Part shown: positions 48,811-62,828 of the stretch, in pieces | Layout: the number at the start of each line of letters is the position of its first letter | How positions within the stretch are numbered: position 1 is the stretch's first letter | From: Torpedo marmorata | Lineage: Eukaryota | Length of the DNA stretch: 64,000 nt | Reading direction: 5' to 3' | Assembly (NCBI GenBank): GCA_977017645.1 | Contig: OZ360245.1 | Span: forward strand, 37,820,001-37,884,000 | Program-made: the position numbers and the translations under genes | The notes under the pieces: model-generated | The model's input: the letters and a program-made list of their open reading frames with translations, nothing else | Database searches by the model: none | Told to the model about the DNA's origin: nothing

Positions 48811-51800
48811 CACATGGATATCCAATCCCTATACACCTCCATCCGCCATACTGAAGGCCTCAAAGCCCTTCATTTATTTCTGGACAATAGACCCAACCAG
48901 TCCCCCTCCACCACCACCCTCCTCTGGCTGAGGGAACTTGTCCTCATCCTCAATAATATCTCATTTGACTCATCCCACTTTCTCCAGGTTAAAGGGGTAG
49001 CCATGGGTACCCGGATGGGTCCCAGCTATGCCTGCCTTTTTGTTGGCTATGTGGAGCAAATCATGCTACAAGCCTACACAGGCAAGGCCCCTCAACTCTT
49101 CCTCCGCTACATCGATGACTATTTCGGTGCTGCCTTATGAACCCACGATGGTCTCATTGATTTCATCCACTTTGCTGCCAACTTCCACCCCGACCTCAAA
49201 TTCACTTGGTCCATCTCTAGCAACACTTTCCCTTTCCTCGATCTCTCTGTCTCCATTTCGAGTGACAAACTCTAGACAGACATCTTCTATAAACCCACCA
49301 ACTCCCACAGCTACCTCGACTACACCTCTTTCCACCCTGTCCCCTGTAAGGATTCAATTCCATTCTCTCAATTCCTCCGTCTCCGTCGCATCTGCACCCA
49401 GGACGAGAACTTCCATACCAGACAATCAGAGATGTCCTCCTTCTTCAAACAACATGGCTTTCCCTCTACCACCACCAACTTGACGCTCACCCGCATATCC
49501 TCCATTACCTGCACATCTGCCCTGGCCCCCTCCATCCCCATGCACAAGGAGAGGATTCCTCTTGTCCTCACCTACCACCCCACCAGCATCAGCATCCAAC
49601 ACATCCTACTCCGCCATTTCTGCCACCTATTACGTGATCCCACCACTAGACAATATTCCCCTCTCCTCCCCTCTCCACCTTCCGCAAGGACCACTTCCTC
49701 CATGACTCCCTTGTCCACTCCTCCCTCCCCACCAATCGTCCCCTTGCTACCTACCACTGTGACCGCAGGAGATGCTCCACTTATGCCCACACCTCCTCCC
49801 TCACCACCATTCGGGGCCCCAAACAGTCCTTCCAAATGAAGCAACATTTCACTTGTGAATCTGCAGGGGTCATCTACTGCACCCGGTGTGAACGTTGTGG
49901 TCTCCTCTACATCGGAGAGACTGGACACAGACTGGGAGATCGTTTTTTTTTAAATTTTAAAAAATATTTTATTTAAAATTTTAAATCACAGAATACATAA
50001 AATAAAATATGAAATTATCAAAATATTTGTGATACATTTTCATCCCCCCTCCCACCCTCCCCTCCCCAACCCTCCCAATCCCACTAATCTAATAAAATAA
50101 AAATATAAAAGAAAAGAAAAGAAAGAAAAAGATAGAGTAAGGAGAATGTCAATCTAAAAAAAGAAATACATCTATGGACTAATTCTATTATGGAGGTCAG
50201 GTAGCCAGTAGATCCGATGTCCAGAGATCTTCAGATCCTTAAACCAACAGCTTTCATATATGGACTCCATATTTTTAAAAAGAAATGATATTTATTACGT
50301 AAATTATAAGTAATTTTTTCAAGTGATATACATGAACGAAGTTCCGCATGCCATCTTTCTAATCCTAAATCTAAATCAGATTTCCAAGTAATAGCAATAC
50401 ATTTCTTTGAAACAGCTAAAGCAATACGCAGAAATTCTATTTGATACATATTTAATTTCATCTTAATACTAAATTTTCTAATATCTCCAAACAAAAATAT
50501 CGTAGGATCCATTGGAAATGTAATCTTAAATACTTTATCTAAAAATTTTTTAACTTTCAACCAGAAATCATAAACTTTTGGACAAAACCATGTAGAATGT
50601 ACGAAAGAACCTTTCTCTTTATTACATCTAAAACATAAACCTGATAATGTCGGATTAAATTTCTTTAATTTTTTAGGTGTTAAATATAATTGATGAAAAA
50701 AATTATATTGTACTAATCTATATCTAACATTAATAATCTTCGTCATACTTAATTTACATAATTCTTTCCAATGATTTTCATCTATTGTTACATTCAAATT
50801 CCCATTTTAATCTTGATTTATGAATTCCTACTTTAGGAGTTTTCCTCTGAAACAATTTATACATTTGAGAAATAAATTTATTTACATCTCCTTTAGTAAC
50901 TAATAATTCTAATTCATTCTGTCTTGGTAAGATCAAGCTATAACCTAATATCTCAATCAAAAATGCTCTAATTTGATAATAAGCAAAAAGTGTATTATCC
51001 AATATATTGAATTTATCTTTCATTCTTTGAAAAGTAATAAATTTCCCAGCTTCAAAACAATCATTTATTTTCTTAATTCCTTTTTGAAACCAAATTTTAA
51101 ATAATTGATTATTAATAATAAATGGAATAAGTTCATTTTGATATAAAGGCATCCTTGGAGAAATCATTCCTTTTCCTCCTATTTCCTTATCCGTCTTATT
51201 CCATATTTCTAACAAATGTTTAAGGATAGGAGAATTTTTCCTTCTTGTTGAAATTAATTTAGAATCCCATTTATAAATAACTTCTTCTTTGGAATCTTCT
51301 CCTATATTATTTAATTCTATTTTAATCCAAGCAGAAGATTTAGTTGAATCAAAAAATTCATTAACAAATTTTAATTGAGCTGCTTTATAATAATTTTGGA
51401 AATTAGGAAGTTGTAAACCACCCATTTCATAATTTCAAGTTAATTTTTCTATACCTACCTTTACTAATTTTCCTTTCCATAAACATTTTCTAATAATTGA
51501 ATTTAAGTCTTTAAAAAAATTTTGAGGAATTTCATAAGGAATTGATTGGAAAAGATATTGAATTCTTGGAAAAACATTCATTTTAATACAATTTACCCTT
51601 CCCATTAAAGTTATAGGTAAATCTTTCCAATTTTCTAAATCCTTTTTTATTTTCACAAATAATGGTAGATAATTTAATTTATATAAATTAGCCAATTTTG
51701 TATCAATCCTTATTCCCAAATATTTAATTCCTTCTTTTGCCCATTTAAATTGTGTAATTTCTTTACACTTACTATAATCCCCTTGTGATAATGCCATAAT

Positions 51801-52629
51801 TTCACTTTTATCAGAATTAATTTTATATCCAGATATTTCCCCATATTCTCTCAATAACGCAGACAATTGTACTAAAGATGTAATAGATTTTGTCATATAT
51901 ATCAATACATCATCTGCAAATAAACTAATTTTATGTTCTTCCATTCCAACTTTAATACCAACTATTTTAGGATCTTTTCTAACTAATTCTGCCAAAGGTT
52001 ATATCGCCAAAATAAATAACGCTGGCGACAAAGGGCATCCTTGTCTAGTAGATCTAGGGAGATAGTTTTGTTGAGCACCTCGGCTCTGTCCGCCACAATA
52101 GTGTGGATCTCCCAGTGGCCACCCATTTCAATTCCCCATCCCATTCCCTTGCTGATATGTCTATCCATGGTCTCATGCACTACCAGACTGAGACCACCCA
52201 CAAATTGGAGGAACAGCACCTCATCTTCCGACTGGGCACCCTCCAACCGGATGGCATTAATATCAACTTCCCTGGCTTTTGATTAAACCACCCCCCCCCT
52301 TAACTTCTTCCCCCGTCGCCTTCCCCCAGTTCTGTCTCCCTGTCTACTTTTGCAAAGACATGATAAATTCTTCCTCTCCCCTTATCATATCCAATTAACA
52401 CCTTTTGTTGGTCTGGATTCCTCCCCCAGCCAACATTGTCTGAATTCTGAGACTTTCTGAGGTTTCCTGCTTTTGGCTTATTCTGCTTATTCCTTGAAGA
52501 AGGGCTCAGGCCTGAAATGTCGGCAATATATCTTTGCTTTTAATGGACGCTGAAAAGACAGGCAGAGTTCCTCCAGCATTTTGGCGTTTTTACTATAATC
52601 ACAGCGTCTGCAGACTTTCGTGTTTCACT
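48811..52629 (+). mobile_element. Penelope-like element (RT, GIY-YIG, pLTR) split by an L1 insertion
   Basis: MDIQSLYTSI, GVAMGTRMGPSYA, FLRYIDD; GIY-YIG ...LYIGETG interrupted at 49945 and resuming at 52057; pLTR 52490-52629. Confidence 0.92.
49946..52056 (-). mobile_element. 5'-truncated L1-clade LINE (ORF2 RT to zinc knuckle)
   Basis: RQGCPLSP, SLFADDVL, KYLGI, GGLQLPN, CFRC...HSTWFC. A-rich tail; TSD GGGAGAT(C/A)GTTT at 49934 and 52057. Confidence 0.93.
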
Positions 52630-52889
52630 ATTAACCACATGAGAGTGTTTTTGGACAGTGAGTGAGTGGAACCCTGGGTATTTTTCTTGTCAGATTGCAA
52701 ACCAATGAGAGCAATGACGTTACACTAAGATCAGGTGTCCTTGGTAGTTGGTACAAGGACATACTCCTTGGTAATGGCACCAAATTGTATGCTTATCTAT
52801 GGAGCCTAAACCAAAATTAAAAAGCAGCAACAGTTTTTAAAAATTTTTATTTGCAGCACGGTAGAAGACAATTCCCACCATGCCGCCCA

Positions 52890-53637
52890 GGGGGAGACAG
52901 ACTGTGGAAAAATATACTTGGTTGCACTTTTGAAAAGACAGGTAAAGACCTCTGCTAAAAGCATTGAAGTTCAGTTGTGGAGGACTGAATCAGTGGCAGT
53001 TTGGAGTTGCAAAGGCGGGAGAACCCAGCAAAATCCAGGCTTGTGCATCCCAGGGGAAAAGGCTGGGAGAATAACAGGGCCTGGTGATTCAGCAAAATCC
53101 TAAGTTGAAGGCAACTTTTGTGAAGAACAGGCGTGAGATCAGCGAGACAGGCTGTGAGATCCAAGTACACGCCTCAATCCAAAACTGATTTGGAGTCGCA
53201 ATCCTTGTGAATCTACCGGAAGGGAAAGTCATCAGAGAAGAAAAGCAGGCCAAGCATTCGTAAGCATAAACAGTCATTGTCTCTCTCTCCAATGTTCATT
53301 AAGAAATTCTTCTTGCCAGCACACAGAGCTGAATTTGGACCCTGAACATAGAGAGTGAATTTTGTGGACTGTATTTTTGGGACTGACTTGTTTTTATGAC
53401 TGACCTAGGGTTTTTGGGGAAGGTTTTCCATTTTTACATGAGGGTTGGGCACAGACTGTAATGGCCTGGGCTTCACACACACACACACACTTTTTAGATA
53501 AGAATAATGTTTATAGATGTTTATAGTGGGGTTAATGGTTGTGAAATTATATGTTTAATTGTCTATAATAAATATAAATTTCAATTTTACCCCTTTTTCA
53601 TTGCGTCTTCTGTCGTTGCTGGTTTGAATTTGTAACA
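52890..53637 (+). mobile_element. Second, 5'-incomplete copy of the 20201-21081 LTR family
   Basis: Colinear similarity from GAGACAGACTGTGGA to TTTGTAACA. Confidence 0.8.
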
Positions 53638-54094
53638 ATAGTTACTAGCAAGTGGATTAATTGTCATAGTTTTTCCAATTCAAATATTCAGAATTACAAT
53701 TCAAGGTTATACGCAGGCTGAATTTTGAGGTCATCAGTAAACGAATGGCACTAGGCATTCATTACATTTCCCCACCGATTTTTCTGCAGGTTTTGTATTG
53801 GAACTTGCTGTGATCGGAAAGCCATATCAGTGCACACCCTGTACAGGTGACCAGAAGCAACTGTGTATCTCCGTAGCCAGTCCCACTGAAGTATGGCTGC
53901 TGAGCATTACATAATCTGGACCTGGAAGTATCAACTCAGAAGATATAATTCAATGCTATATTACTGTATAGTACATCAAGTGAAAGATAGATGGTATTAA
54001 GAGACAAGAGAGGAGGAAAATATATATTTTTTATGGTTTTAAGATACCCAAGAATCCAGGACTTTGCACTTATAAAGGCATAGTTGCAGGATTA

Positions 54095-54356
54095 GGGCAT
54101 CACGGTTGGCGTAGCGGTTAGCGCAACGCTGTACAGCGCCAGCGATCAGGACCGGGGTTCGAATCCCGCTCTGTCTGTAAGGAGTTTGTACGTTCTCCCC
54201 GTGTCTGCGTGGGTTTTCCCCAGGAGCTCCGGTTTCCTCCCACCGTTCGAAACGTACCGGGGGTGTAGGTTAATTGGATATATATATTGGACGGCACGGA
54301 CTCGTGGGCCTAAATGGCCTGTTACCGTGCTGCATGTCTAAATTAATTTTTTTTTA
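54095..54356 (+). mobile_element. Full-length SINE
   Basis: Head, B-box GGTTCGAATCCC, V core and tail. Confidence 0.9.
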
Positions 54357-55960
54357 AAGGCTTGGAAATGAGATTTGACAACAGTTTTAATGTCATTAAA
54401 AAAAATGAACTCTTGTGGGAATGGATGAACCTTAGCATTATCTGGCAAGTTCACCCAAGTGTAGTAACTTAAGGCGAGTTTGAACATGGAGTCTGTCGAT
54501 GAAATCCCAGTAAATTCTCCAGGGGAGTAGAGAAACTCAGACAGTTATGTTCCCATTTAGCTTTTGCTGCTGATTTTGATTTTAACACCATTGATAGGCT
54601 TACTATCATTCCCAATGCAAAATTCAGGTCATATTATGAAATTCTGATGTTGGAAATTATTTCTCATTGTGAAGTATTGTCTTGCTAATTGACTGCAGCA
54701 CACAATGTCTTTTAAATCTCATTTTCATTGGCATTCTACTATTAACTGGTTTGTTGAGAGTTACATTAATATAAAATAAATGTCAATTTTTCTTTCCACT
54801 TCACTCCAGCTCAACATGTCTTTGTTTAGCTAATATTGTGTGTACGTTCAGTTGGTTGATTTCAAACAGTCTAATCCACTCTGGGAAAAATAGAAGTGAT
54901 GAGAATTCTTCATCTATTACAGAAAACATATTTAGCTTTTGACAAATCTCACCACGATTTGTGAGTCATTAAAGCATGTTCATAATGTTACTGCCATTTT
55001 AATATGGCACCTGTTACCGGTTCTTCCAAATTTGGGAAGTAAAGTTCAGACTCTTGAAAAATTTGGATGCCTTCATACAAATATAAATTCCATTCTGTTC
55101 CTCACTGCAATGTGATCATTTTTTTCCCCCTTCCCTGAACAAATCTGTCATCAGACAGAGTTGCTTTATTGAACTTGCCTTCTCCAAATGAGCCCAATTG
55201 TCTCAGTTGAAATGGATTCAGAGTGCCTGGCCCTGGCCATCAAATGCAATCCTTCAAATTTCAGGGTGAATGCTTGATGCAGTTTCCTTTCTTCAACTTG
55301 CATGTCACCTCACTGTGAAGGTGACTGCAAATTCCTGCCTTTCCCCTCACTTTGCGAGTGCTTCATTTCGGGGCACCTGAGGAACGACAGCTGTGTGTAT
55401 AAGAACTGAAAGGGTGCAGTTGATTAAATCATCATCAAGTCAAGACTGCAAAAAGTCAATTCTGCTTCCCGTCTTCAATGATCTCTTTTTATCTTAATGT
55501 AATGAGGTATGGCACTTTTGCATCAAGCTGTATGCCTGGTTCCATTAACATACTCCATCTGCTTCACAAGCCAGGGGAAGTTATTTCTGTGTGCTTGCAT
55601 GGCGGCAATCAAAGTAATTTGGCACAAAGGGAAGAGAACGACCCATTTTTAATGGATCACAACACCATTGAAGAGATTTATCTGTTTAAAATATACAGTT
55701 TGCTTTGAAGAATAAAATGCACTATCCATGAAATTGCATAAATAAGACACTTCAATTGGCTCTATTCAGTAAAAAACATTTGAAGAGATGTGTCACCTTT
55801 TGTTGTGTCTACACATACATTGACTGCTGACGAAGTAAATGGTGTAAAAGAAACAGATCATTCTCCAAGTTCTTGCTAAAATTAAATTCAGCACAAATGA
55901 ATTCAGATGCTGTAAACGTGCAATTCACATCTTGTGACTTCTTGTGTAGACTCTATGGTA

Positions 55961-56831
55961 CAGGTCGAGTACCCCGTATCCAAAGTTCTGAAAACCGAAA
56001 AGATCAAAAAACCTAACCTTTTTTTAGCGCCGACATGACGTCACAAGTTGGAAAAATATTCATCACCTGACTTGCTCATAAAATCAAAGAGAGACTTCTC
56101 AGACAAAAACCATTGTTAATGACACAGATGACACTGGAGGAAACTTTTTTTTAAAAAATATTTTATTTTAAGATTTTCAACTTTTTCACAATAATACAAA
56201 ATAATGTAAAATATACATTAAACATCAGTTAAATTCGATACATAGGAATTTCGTATTACCATGAATCTAACCCCATCTAAACCACCCTTACTAAAACAAC
56301 CCACCCTCCACCCTTCCCATCCCTTATCCCCTCCCCATACTAGAACTAAAAAAGAAAAGAGAAGGGAAAAGAACAATTGAAAATATATCTGTACATATCC
56401 ATGGCTCGATGCAAGAAATTCAACAATGTTCATTTTTCAAATTTAAACTTAAGAGAGTCAGCGGGGTCTGGGATGCAGGGCAACATATTTAAATATTCAT
56501 TCCTGATAATTGGATACACTGGAGGAAACATTTGAAAAAGCCATCGAGGAGAATTTCTAGAGTTTGGTGCTGCATTTATCTTATTTTGTAAGCAGAGATC
56601 AAGTTTTTTTTTTGGTAAGTACTAAACATTATTTCATGTGAATTTTCCACTTGTGGCGTCATGTCGGCGCTCAAAGAAGCCTGCCGTTGTTTGTTGTTGC
56701 TGTTTAACCGCTGATACAGGTATTCTGCTGATGCTACTGTGCTGCTTAGTTCCATTGTTCCGAAAACCGAAAAAACCCAAAAAACGAAAAAAGTCTGGTC
56801 CCAAGCGTTTCGGATACGGGGTGCTGTACTG
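55961..56831. mobile_element. Tigger/pogo-type MITE (MER46/Tigger4-like)
   Basis: TA-flanked TIRs CAGGTCGAGTACCCCGTATCC / GGATACGGGGTGCTGTACTG; inverted subterminal AGCGCCGACATGACG(T/C)CACAAGT. Confidence 0.8.
56145..56515 (-). mobile_element. Short L1-like 3' tail nested in the Tigger MITE
   Basis: 14-bp TSD ACACTGGAGGAAAC (56131, 56516); G-rich tract and A-rich end like the other L1 tails. Confidence 0.75.
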
Positions 56832-57415
56832 TACTTCCTGTAAGCTTGGCCACACATGAGAAAAGCATGATTGATTAAAATGCTTTCTGGAACACCCTCT
56901 CTAAATCCCTCTGCCTTCCCAACTTCATCCTCAGGGAAAATTTGGAGCAGGAAGAGGGGAGAGAGGTGGAAGGATTAGCAGAATTCCCCAATGCAAAATT
57001 TAGAGTGAAATGATGATGATCAATGCTAACCCTTCCTGTCTCTGACCTCCCTTCAAAGTCCTCGGGGAGAGACTGAGAAGTTAGTGTACTGTTGGAGGAA
57101 GCCATTCATTGAGGAATCTTTAAAAGAGCAAAGCTTGACCTGACTTTAAAGAAATAGGAATATGTGGTGAGGGTTGGGGAAAGGGAAGGTGGCGGATGGG
57201 ACACACGCATTCATGGGGGAGAGATGGGGTGCGTGCAGTGGTCAGTAGTAGGGTAGAGGGTCAGGGAGAGGTGGGGATACAGATTTTTTTCCCTTTCATT
57301 ATATTATAATTCATAGTTAATTGTTGAGGTAGTAACAATTCTGAGTACTTTTCTGTGTGTCCTGAGTTGAAACTTGACTCTTCCTTATATTTTTGTTTTA
57401 ACAATAGTACCTTAA

Positions 57416-57800
57416 TCATGTATACCACTTGAAAAAATTACTTATAATTTACGTAATAAATATCATTTCTTTTTAAAAATATGGAGCCCATATATGAAAG
57501 CTGTTGGTTTAAGGATCTGAAGATCTCTGGACATCGGATCTACTGGCTACCTGACCTCCATAATAGAATTAGTCCATAGATGTATTTCTTTTTTTAGATT
57601 GACATTCTCCTTACTCTATCTTTTTCTTTCTTTTCTTTTCTTTTATTTTATATTTTTATTTTATTAGATTAGTGGGGTTGGGGAGGGGAGGGTGGGAGGG
57701 GGGATGAAAATGTATCACAAGTATTTTGATCATTTCATATTTTATTTTATGTATTCTGTGATTTAAAATTTTAAATAAAATATTTTAAAAAAACCAAAAA
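57416..57800 (+). mobile_element. Short 5'-truncated L1
   Basis: Near-identical to the 3' end of the 49946 copy; 16-bp TSD AACAATAGTACCTTAA (57400, 57801). Confidence 0.92.
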
Positions 57801-58159
57801 AACAATAGTACCTTAAATGCTCATGGAGTATGCTCATGCATCCTTTCGAACATGACTGCACTTTGAAAACTATTGGACATTTAATTGTACTTACTGAATA
57901 GCAGCATGCAGGTGATGCATGATGAAAGATTATTGGTAAGGTAATGCTGTTATCAGTTAATATAACATTCTCAAAAGTAGCGATGAATCTCAGTCATAAT
58001 ACTGTCCTGAATATATAAATGTTTAAAGGATTAAGGCAATTAATACTTTCAGCATGAAATTTCTATTGAAAAGAAACATGCAGAAGATATTGATCTAAAC
58101 ACCAAAACTAAGAGACAAGAGGCGAATATAGAGTAAGACAAGACTGTACTGATTGGTTA

Positions 58160-60419
58160 AACATAGATCAGCACAGGATCAGGCTCATCAGTGTCTGTGC
58201 TGATCATGATGCCATATTAAACTAATCCCATCTCTTCACATGATCTATTTACCTCTTCTCCCTGCATGTTCATGTGCCTGTCTAAATACCTCTTAAACAT
58301 CACTTTTGTCTTTGCTTCCACTGCTACCACTAGCAGTGCATTCCAGGCACCTAGCAGTCTCTGTGTAAACTCCAAATGCGGCCTAACCAAAGTTTTATAC
58401 ATCTACAAAATAACTTCCCAAATTTTATATTTAATGCCCTAACTAACTAAGGCAAGCATGCTGCATGCTTATTAACCACCCGATTCACAATCTGTCACTT
58501 TGAGGGATCTATGAACTTGCACCCTAAGATCCTTCTGTACATCAATGCCCTGAAGAGCCCTGCCATTTACTGTGTACTTTCCCCTCACATTTGACCTCCC
58601 AAAGTGCAACACTTAACAATTGTCTGGATTAAACTTTGTCTGCCATTTCTCTACCCATATCTCCAATTGGTTTATGTCCTGCTGTATCCTTTGATAACCA
58701 CCTTCACAATCCACAACTCTACCAATTTTTTGTGTCTGCAAACTTATTACAGTAAAACCCCTGTAATCCGAAATTCAAGCAACTGGCAAAAAAAATTGCA
58801 GAAAAGAAATAATAAAATAAATAAATAAATAAAGGTAAAAAGTTCAGAAGTTTAAATTAGGTGCGCCTCGCCATTAGTTCGGCAATCATGAAACACGCAA
58901 TCTCAAGCAACTGGAAAATTCACTTATCCAGCATCTACCGATCCCCATAGGTGCTGGATACCAGGGCTTTACTGTATTTTTCTTTTATTTAGATATTACA
59001 AACAACAAGTCCCAACACTGATCCCCGCAGAACACCACTGGTCACAGATTGCCAGTTAGAGTAACACCCTTCCACTGCTACCCTCTGTCTTCTAGGTTGA
59101 TAGCAATTCTGAACTCTGTCAAATTACTGTGGATCCCATGTGCCTTAACCCTTCCATTTTAACCAAACAAGGGACCTTGTCAAATGCCTTACTAAAGTCT
59201 ATGTCGACAACATCCACTGCCCTCATCAATCATCTCCTCAAAAACCTCGATCAAGTACATGAGACATGACCTGTTCCTCACCAATCCAAGCCGACCATCC
59301 CCAATGAGCTCATGCTTTTCCAAATCCTAACTCCAAGAATCCCCTCCAGAACCTACCCTGCCACTGATATGCCTCATGGGCCTCTATTGTTGGATTGGCC
59401 CTATTGCCTTTCTTAAATGATGGAACAACATTGGCTACTTCCCAGTCCTCTGGGACCTCGCCTGCTAGAGAGGATACAAAGTTCCCTGTCAAGGCCCCAG
59501 CAATCTCTTGTCTTGCCTCTCTCAACCTGGGTTAGCTCCCATCAGCCCCATGGGATATCCACTTTAATGTTCTTCAATAGACCAACACATACTCCTTTTT
59601 GATATCAAAATGCCCAAAGATAATTAAAACATCCTGCACTGTTCTCATTATCCTCCATATCCTTCTCATTGGTGAATACAGATGCAAAGTACTCATTTAC
59701 AACCTTGCTCACTTCCTCTGGCTTCAGGCATAAATTCCCTCCTTTGTCTTTGAGTGGTCTTGCACTCACCCCACAACCCTCTTGTTTTTTTTTGTGTGTA
59801 TGCATAAAATGCTTTGGGATTTTCCTTAATCTTATTTGTCAAACACAATCGATGGCCCGTTTTGGTCCTCCTGATTCCATCTTTGAGTTTTTTCCTGCTT
59901 TCTTTATATTGCAAGAGAGTCCCGTCTGATTTCAGCTTCCTCAACCTTATGAATGCTTCTTTTTACTTCTTGACCAAATTTACAGCATCTTTTGTCACGC
60001 AAGGTTCCTAATTCTTGTCTTACTTCCTCTCGAGAACATGCCAGTCCTGAATTCTGACCAGCTGGATTTTAAATGAATCCCACATATCAGATGTAGAATT
60101 GCTCAGTAATAGTTGCTCCCAATCTACTCTCCCAGCTCTTGCTTAATAACATTGCAATTTGCCTTTCCTCAATTTAGCATTTTCCACAAGGTCCAGACTT
60201 ATTCCTAACTATCTTAGAACTCAGAGTTGTGATTACTGTTCCCAAATGCTCTCCCACTGAAACCCCAATCATCTGTCCAGACTCATTTCTGAATATAAGG
60301 TCTAGTATGGCGTCTTCCCTGGTTGGATTATCGATGTACTGTTTCAAGAAACTCTCTTGGAGGCACATAACAAATTTTACCCCATCTAACTCTCTTGTAC
60401 TAAGGATTCCCATTAAATA
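58160..60419 (-). mobile_element. Degraded CR1 LINE ORF2
   Basis: PTREDAILDLIF, IKENPKAFY, LKDKGGNLC, GEVPEDWEVANVVP, YKTLVRPHLE remnants; CR1 tail near 58160. Confidence 0.88.
58750..58974. mobile_element. Tigger/pogo-type MITE nested in CR1
   Basis: TA|CAGTAAAACCCCTG...CCAGGGCTTTACTG|TA. Confidence 0.75.
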
Positions 60420-62828
60420 CACTGGACAACAACTTTTTTCCAAAGAGTTTGCTTCCTGAATGAAAATTGGGGATTATGAAAGACAACTTCAAGCTGAACA
60501 CAAATATATTGAGGGAGTATGGTGAGATATCTGGTTATAAAATAAATTCGGATAAGAGTGAGATAATGGCTTTATCTCAAGGAGATTATACTAAATGTAA
60601 AGAAGTTACAGGATTTAAATGGGCTAAAGAAGGAATTAAATATTTGGGAGTTAAAGTAGATACAAAATTGGAAAATTTATATAAATTAAATTATATACCT
60701 TTATTTCAGAAAATAAAGAAAGATTTGGAGAATTGGAAAGATTTACCTATAACTTTAATAGGAAGAGTGAATTGTATTAAAATGAATATTTTTCCAAGAG
60801 TTCAATACCTTTTTCAATCTATTCCTTTTGGAATTCCTCAAAAAATTTTTTAAGATTTAAAAATTATTATTAGGAAATTTTTATGGAAGGGAAAATTAGC
60901 GAGAGTAAGTATGGATAAATTAACTTGGAATTATGAGATGGGTGGATTACAACTCCCCAATTTTTCATATTATTATAAGGCAGCTCAATTAAAGTTTATT
61001 AATGAATTTTTTGATTTAACTAAATCTACTGCTTGGATTAATATAGAATTGAATAATATAGGGGAGAGGTATAAGAAGATATTATTTATAAATGGAATTC
61101 TAAATTATTATTAGTTAAAAAGAAAAATTCACCGATTATTAAACATTTGTTGGAAATTTGGACACAGTTAGACAATGAGATAGGACGAAAAGGGTTATTA
61201 TCTCCAAATACGCCATTGTATCAGAATTTACTATTACCTTTTTCTATTGATAATCAATTTTTAAAAATATGGTTTCAAAAAGGAATTAAGAAGATTAAAG
61301 ATTGTTTTGAGGCTGGAAAATTTGTTACATTTTCCAGACTGAAAGAAAAATTTGGAATATTGGATAATACAATTTTAGCTTATTATCAGGTTAAAGGATT
61401 TTTAGTTGAGAAATTGGGGAATCAATTAATAGCTCCAAGACAGGATGGATTAGAATTATTAATTACTAATGGAAATGTTAATAAATTTATATCACAAATG
61501 TATAAATTACTTCAGAGAAAAATGCCTAAGGTAGGATTTCATAAATCAAGATTAAGATGGGAATCAGATTTAAATATTAGTATAGATGAAAAACATTGGA
61601 AAGATTTATGTAAATTGAGTATGACTAAAATTATTAATGTTAGGTATAGATTAGTACAATATAATTTTTTTCACCAATTATACTTAACACCTAAAAAATT
61701 AAAGAAATTTAATCCAGCATTATCAGATATGTGTTTTAGATGTAAGGATGAAATTGGTTCGTTTGTTCATTCAACATGGTTATGTTCTAAAATTAAGGAT
61801 TTTTGGTCTAAGGTTAAAGATTTTTTGGATAGAATTTTTAATATTACGGTTCCAATGGATCCTATGTTATTTTTATTTGGAGATATTAAAAAGTTTAGTA
61901 TTAGAAATAGATTAAATATGTATCAAATAGAATTTTTGCGAATTGTTTTAGCGGTTTCAAAAAAATGTATTGCTATTACTTGGAAATCAGATTTAGACTT
62001 GAATTTAGATAGATTGCATGCAGAATTACGTTCATGTATCCCATTGGAAAAGATTACATATAATTTACGTAATAAATATCATTTCTTTTTGAAAATTTGG
62101 AGCCCATATATGAGAATTATGGGAATGAATTAATTCTCTAGAAGTCGGCTCCGCTGGCTAAATCAACCTCCAATATATAAATAGAATTAGCTTGTAATTT
62201 GTTTTCTCCTCACTTTAAATTTTCAATTCTTTATATTCAATATTTTTCTTTTTTTTATATATAACCTTTTTTTTTTCTTTTTCTTCTTTTTTTTTAGAGT
62301 AGTGGTGGGGGGGTTGGGGAGGGGAGGGTGGGAGGGGGGAGGAAATATATCACATGTACTTGGAATGATATATTATTTTTGATCTATGTATTTTGTGATT
62401 TTAAAAATTTAAATAAAATTATTTTTAAAAAAAAGCTGAACACAAATATAATTTCAGATTTGCTGTATCACGTAGAAAGTTAGAGAAACACTAAATTAAC
62501 TTTTATTGAATTTAGCATGCTTAATCGCATATTGAGGCTGACACATTGCTCTCACGTTGACTGCACATGTTGCACAACAAATGTGAGGAGCCCAGGGTTT
62601 GTCTTGGTCACCAATTTTACAACCAATGTAGAGCTCATAGTCTTTCTTAATAAGGGCAGTCATGCTGTGTCTTTGAGCCTTAAGCGTGTACTCACCACAA
62701 ATGTAACAGAATGTCTCGCAGCTGTTGCGACATTGACGAGACAATTCTGCTGTATTAAATCTTCCTGAAGACAATAAATGCTATTATTATGTACACTCAC
62801 CACACTATTGCCTGAAGAACATGTGCAT
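60420..62828 (-). mobile_element. Internally deleted Chapaev3-like (CMC) DNA transposon, split by L1
   Basis: ORF 62496-62774 FCYICGEY...KIGDQDKPWAPHICCATC resembles a Chapaev3 transposase N-terminus; terminus CACTGGACAAC at 60420. Family assignment is from memory of motifs. Confidence 0.6.
60509..62432 (+). mobile_element. 5'-truncated L1-clade LINE (sister subfamily)
   Basis: ISGYKINSDKS, KYLGV, GGLQLPN; 328-aa C-terminal ORF with CFRC...HSTWLC; perfect 18-bp TSD AAGCTGAACACAAATATA (60491, 62433). Confidence 0.93.

Noticed and set aside
20201-53637. One giant provirus bounded by the two similar LTRs
   Set aside because: The first LTR has its own matching flanks, the copies are diverged, and no gag/pol lies between them.
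61147-62133. 328-aa ORF as a host gene
   Set aside because: It is the L1 ORF2 C-terminus inside a TSD-bounded truncated insertion.
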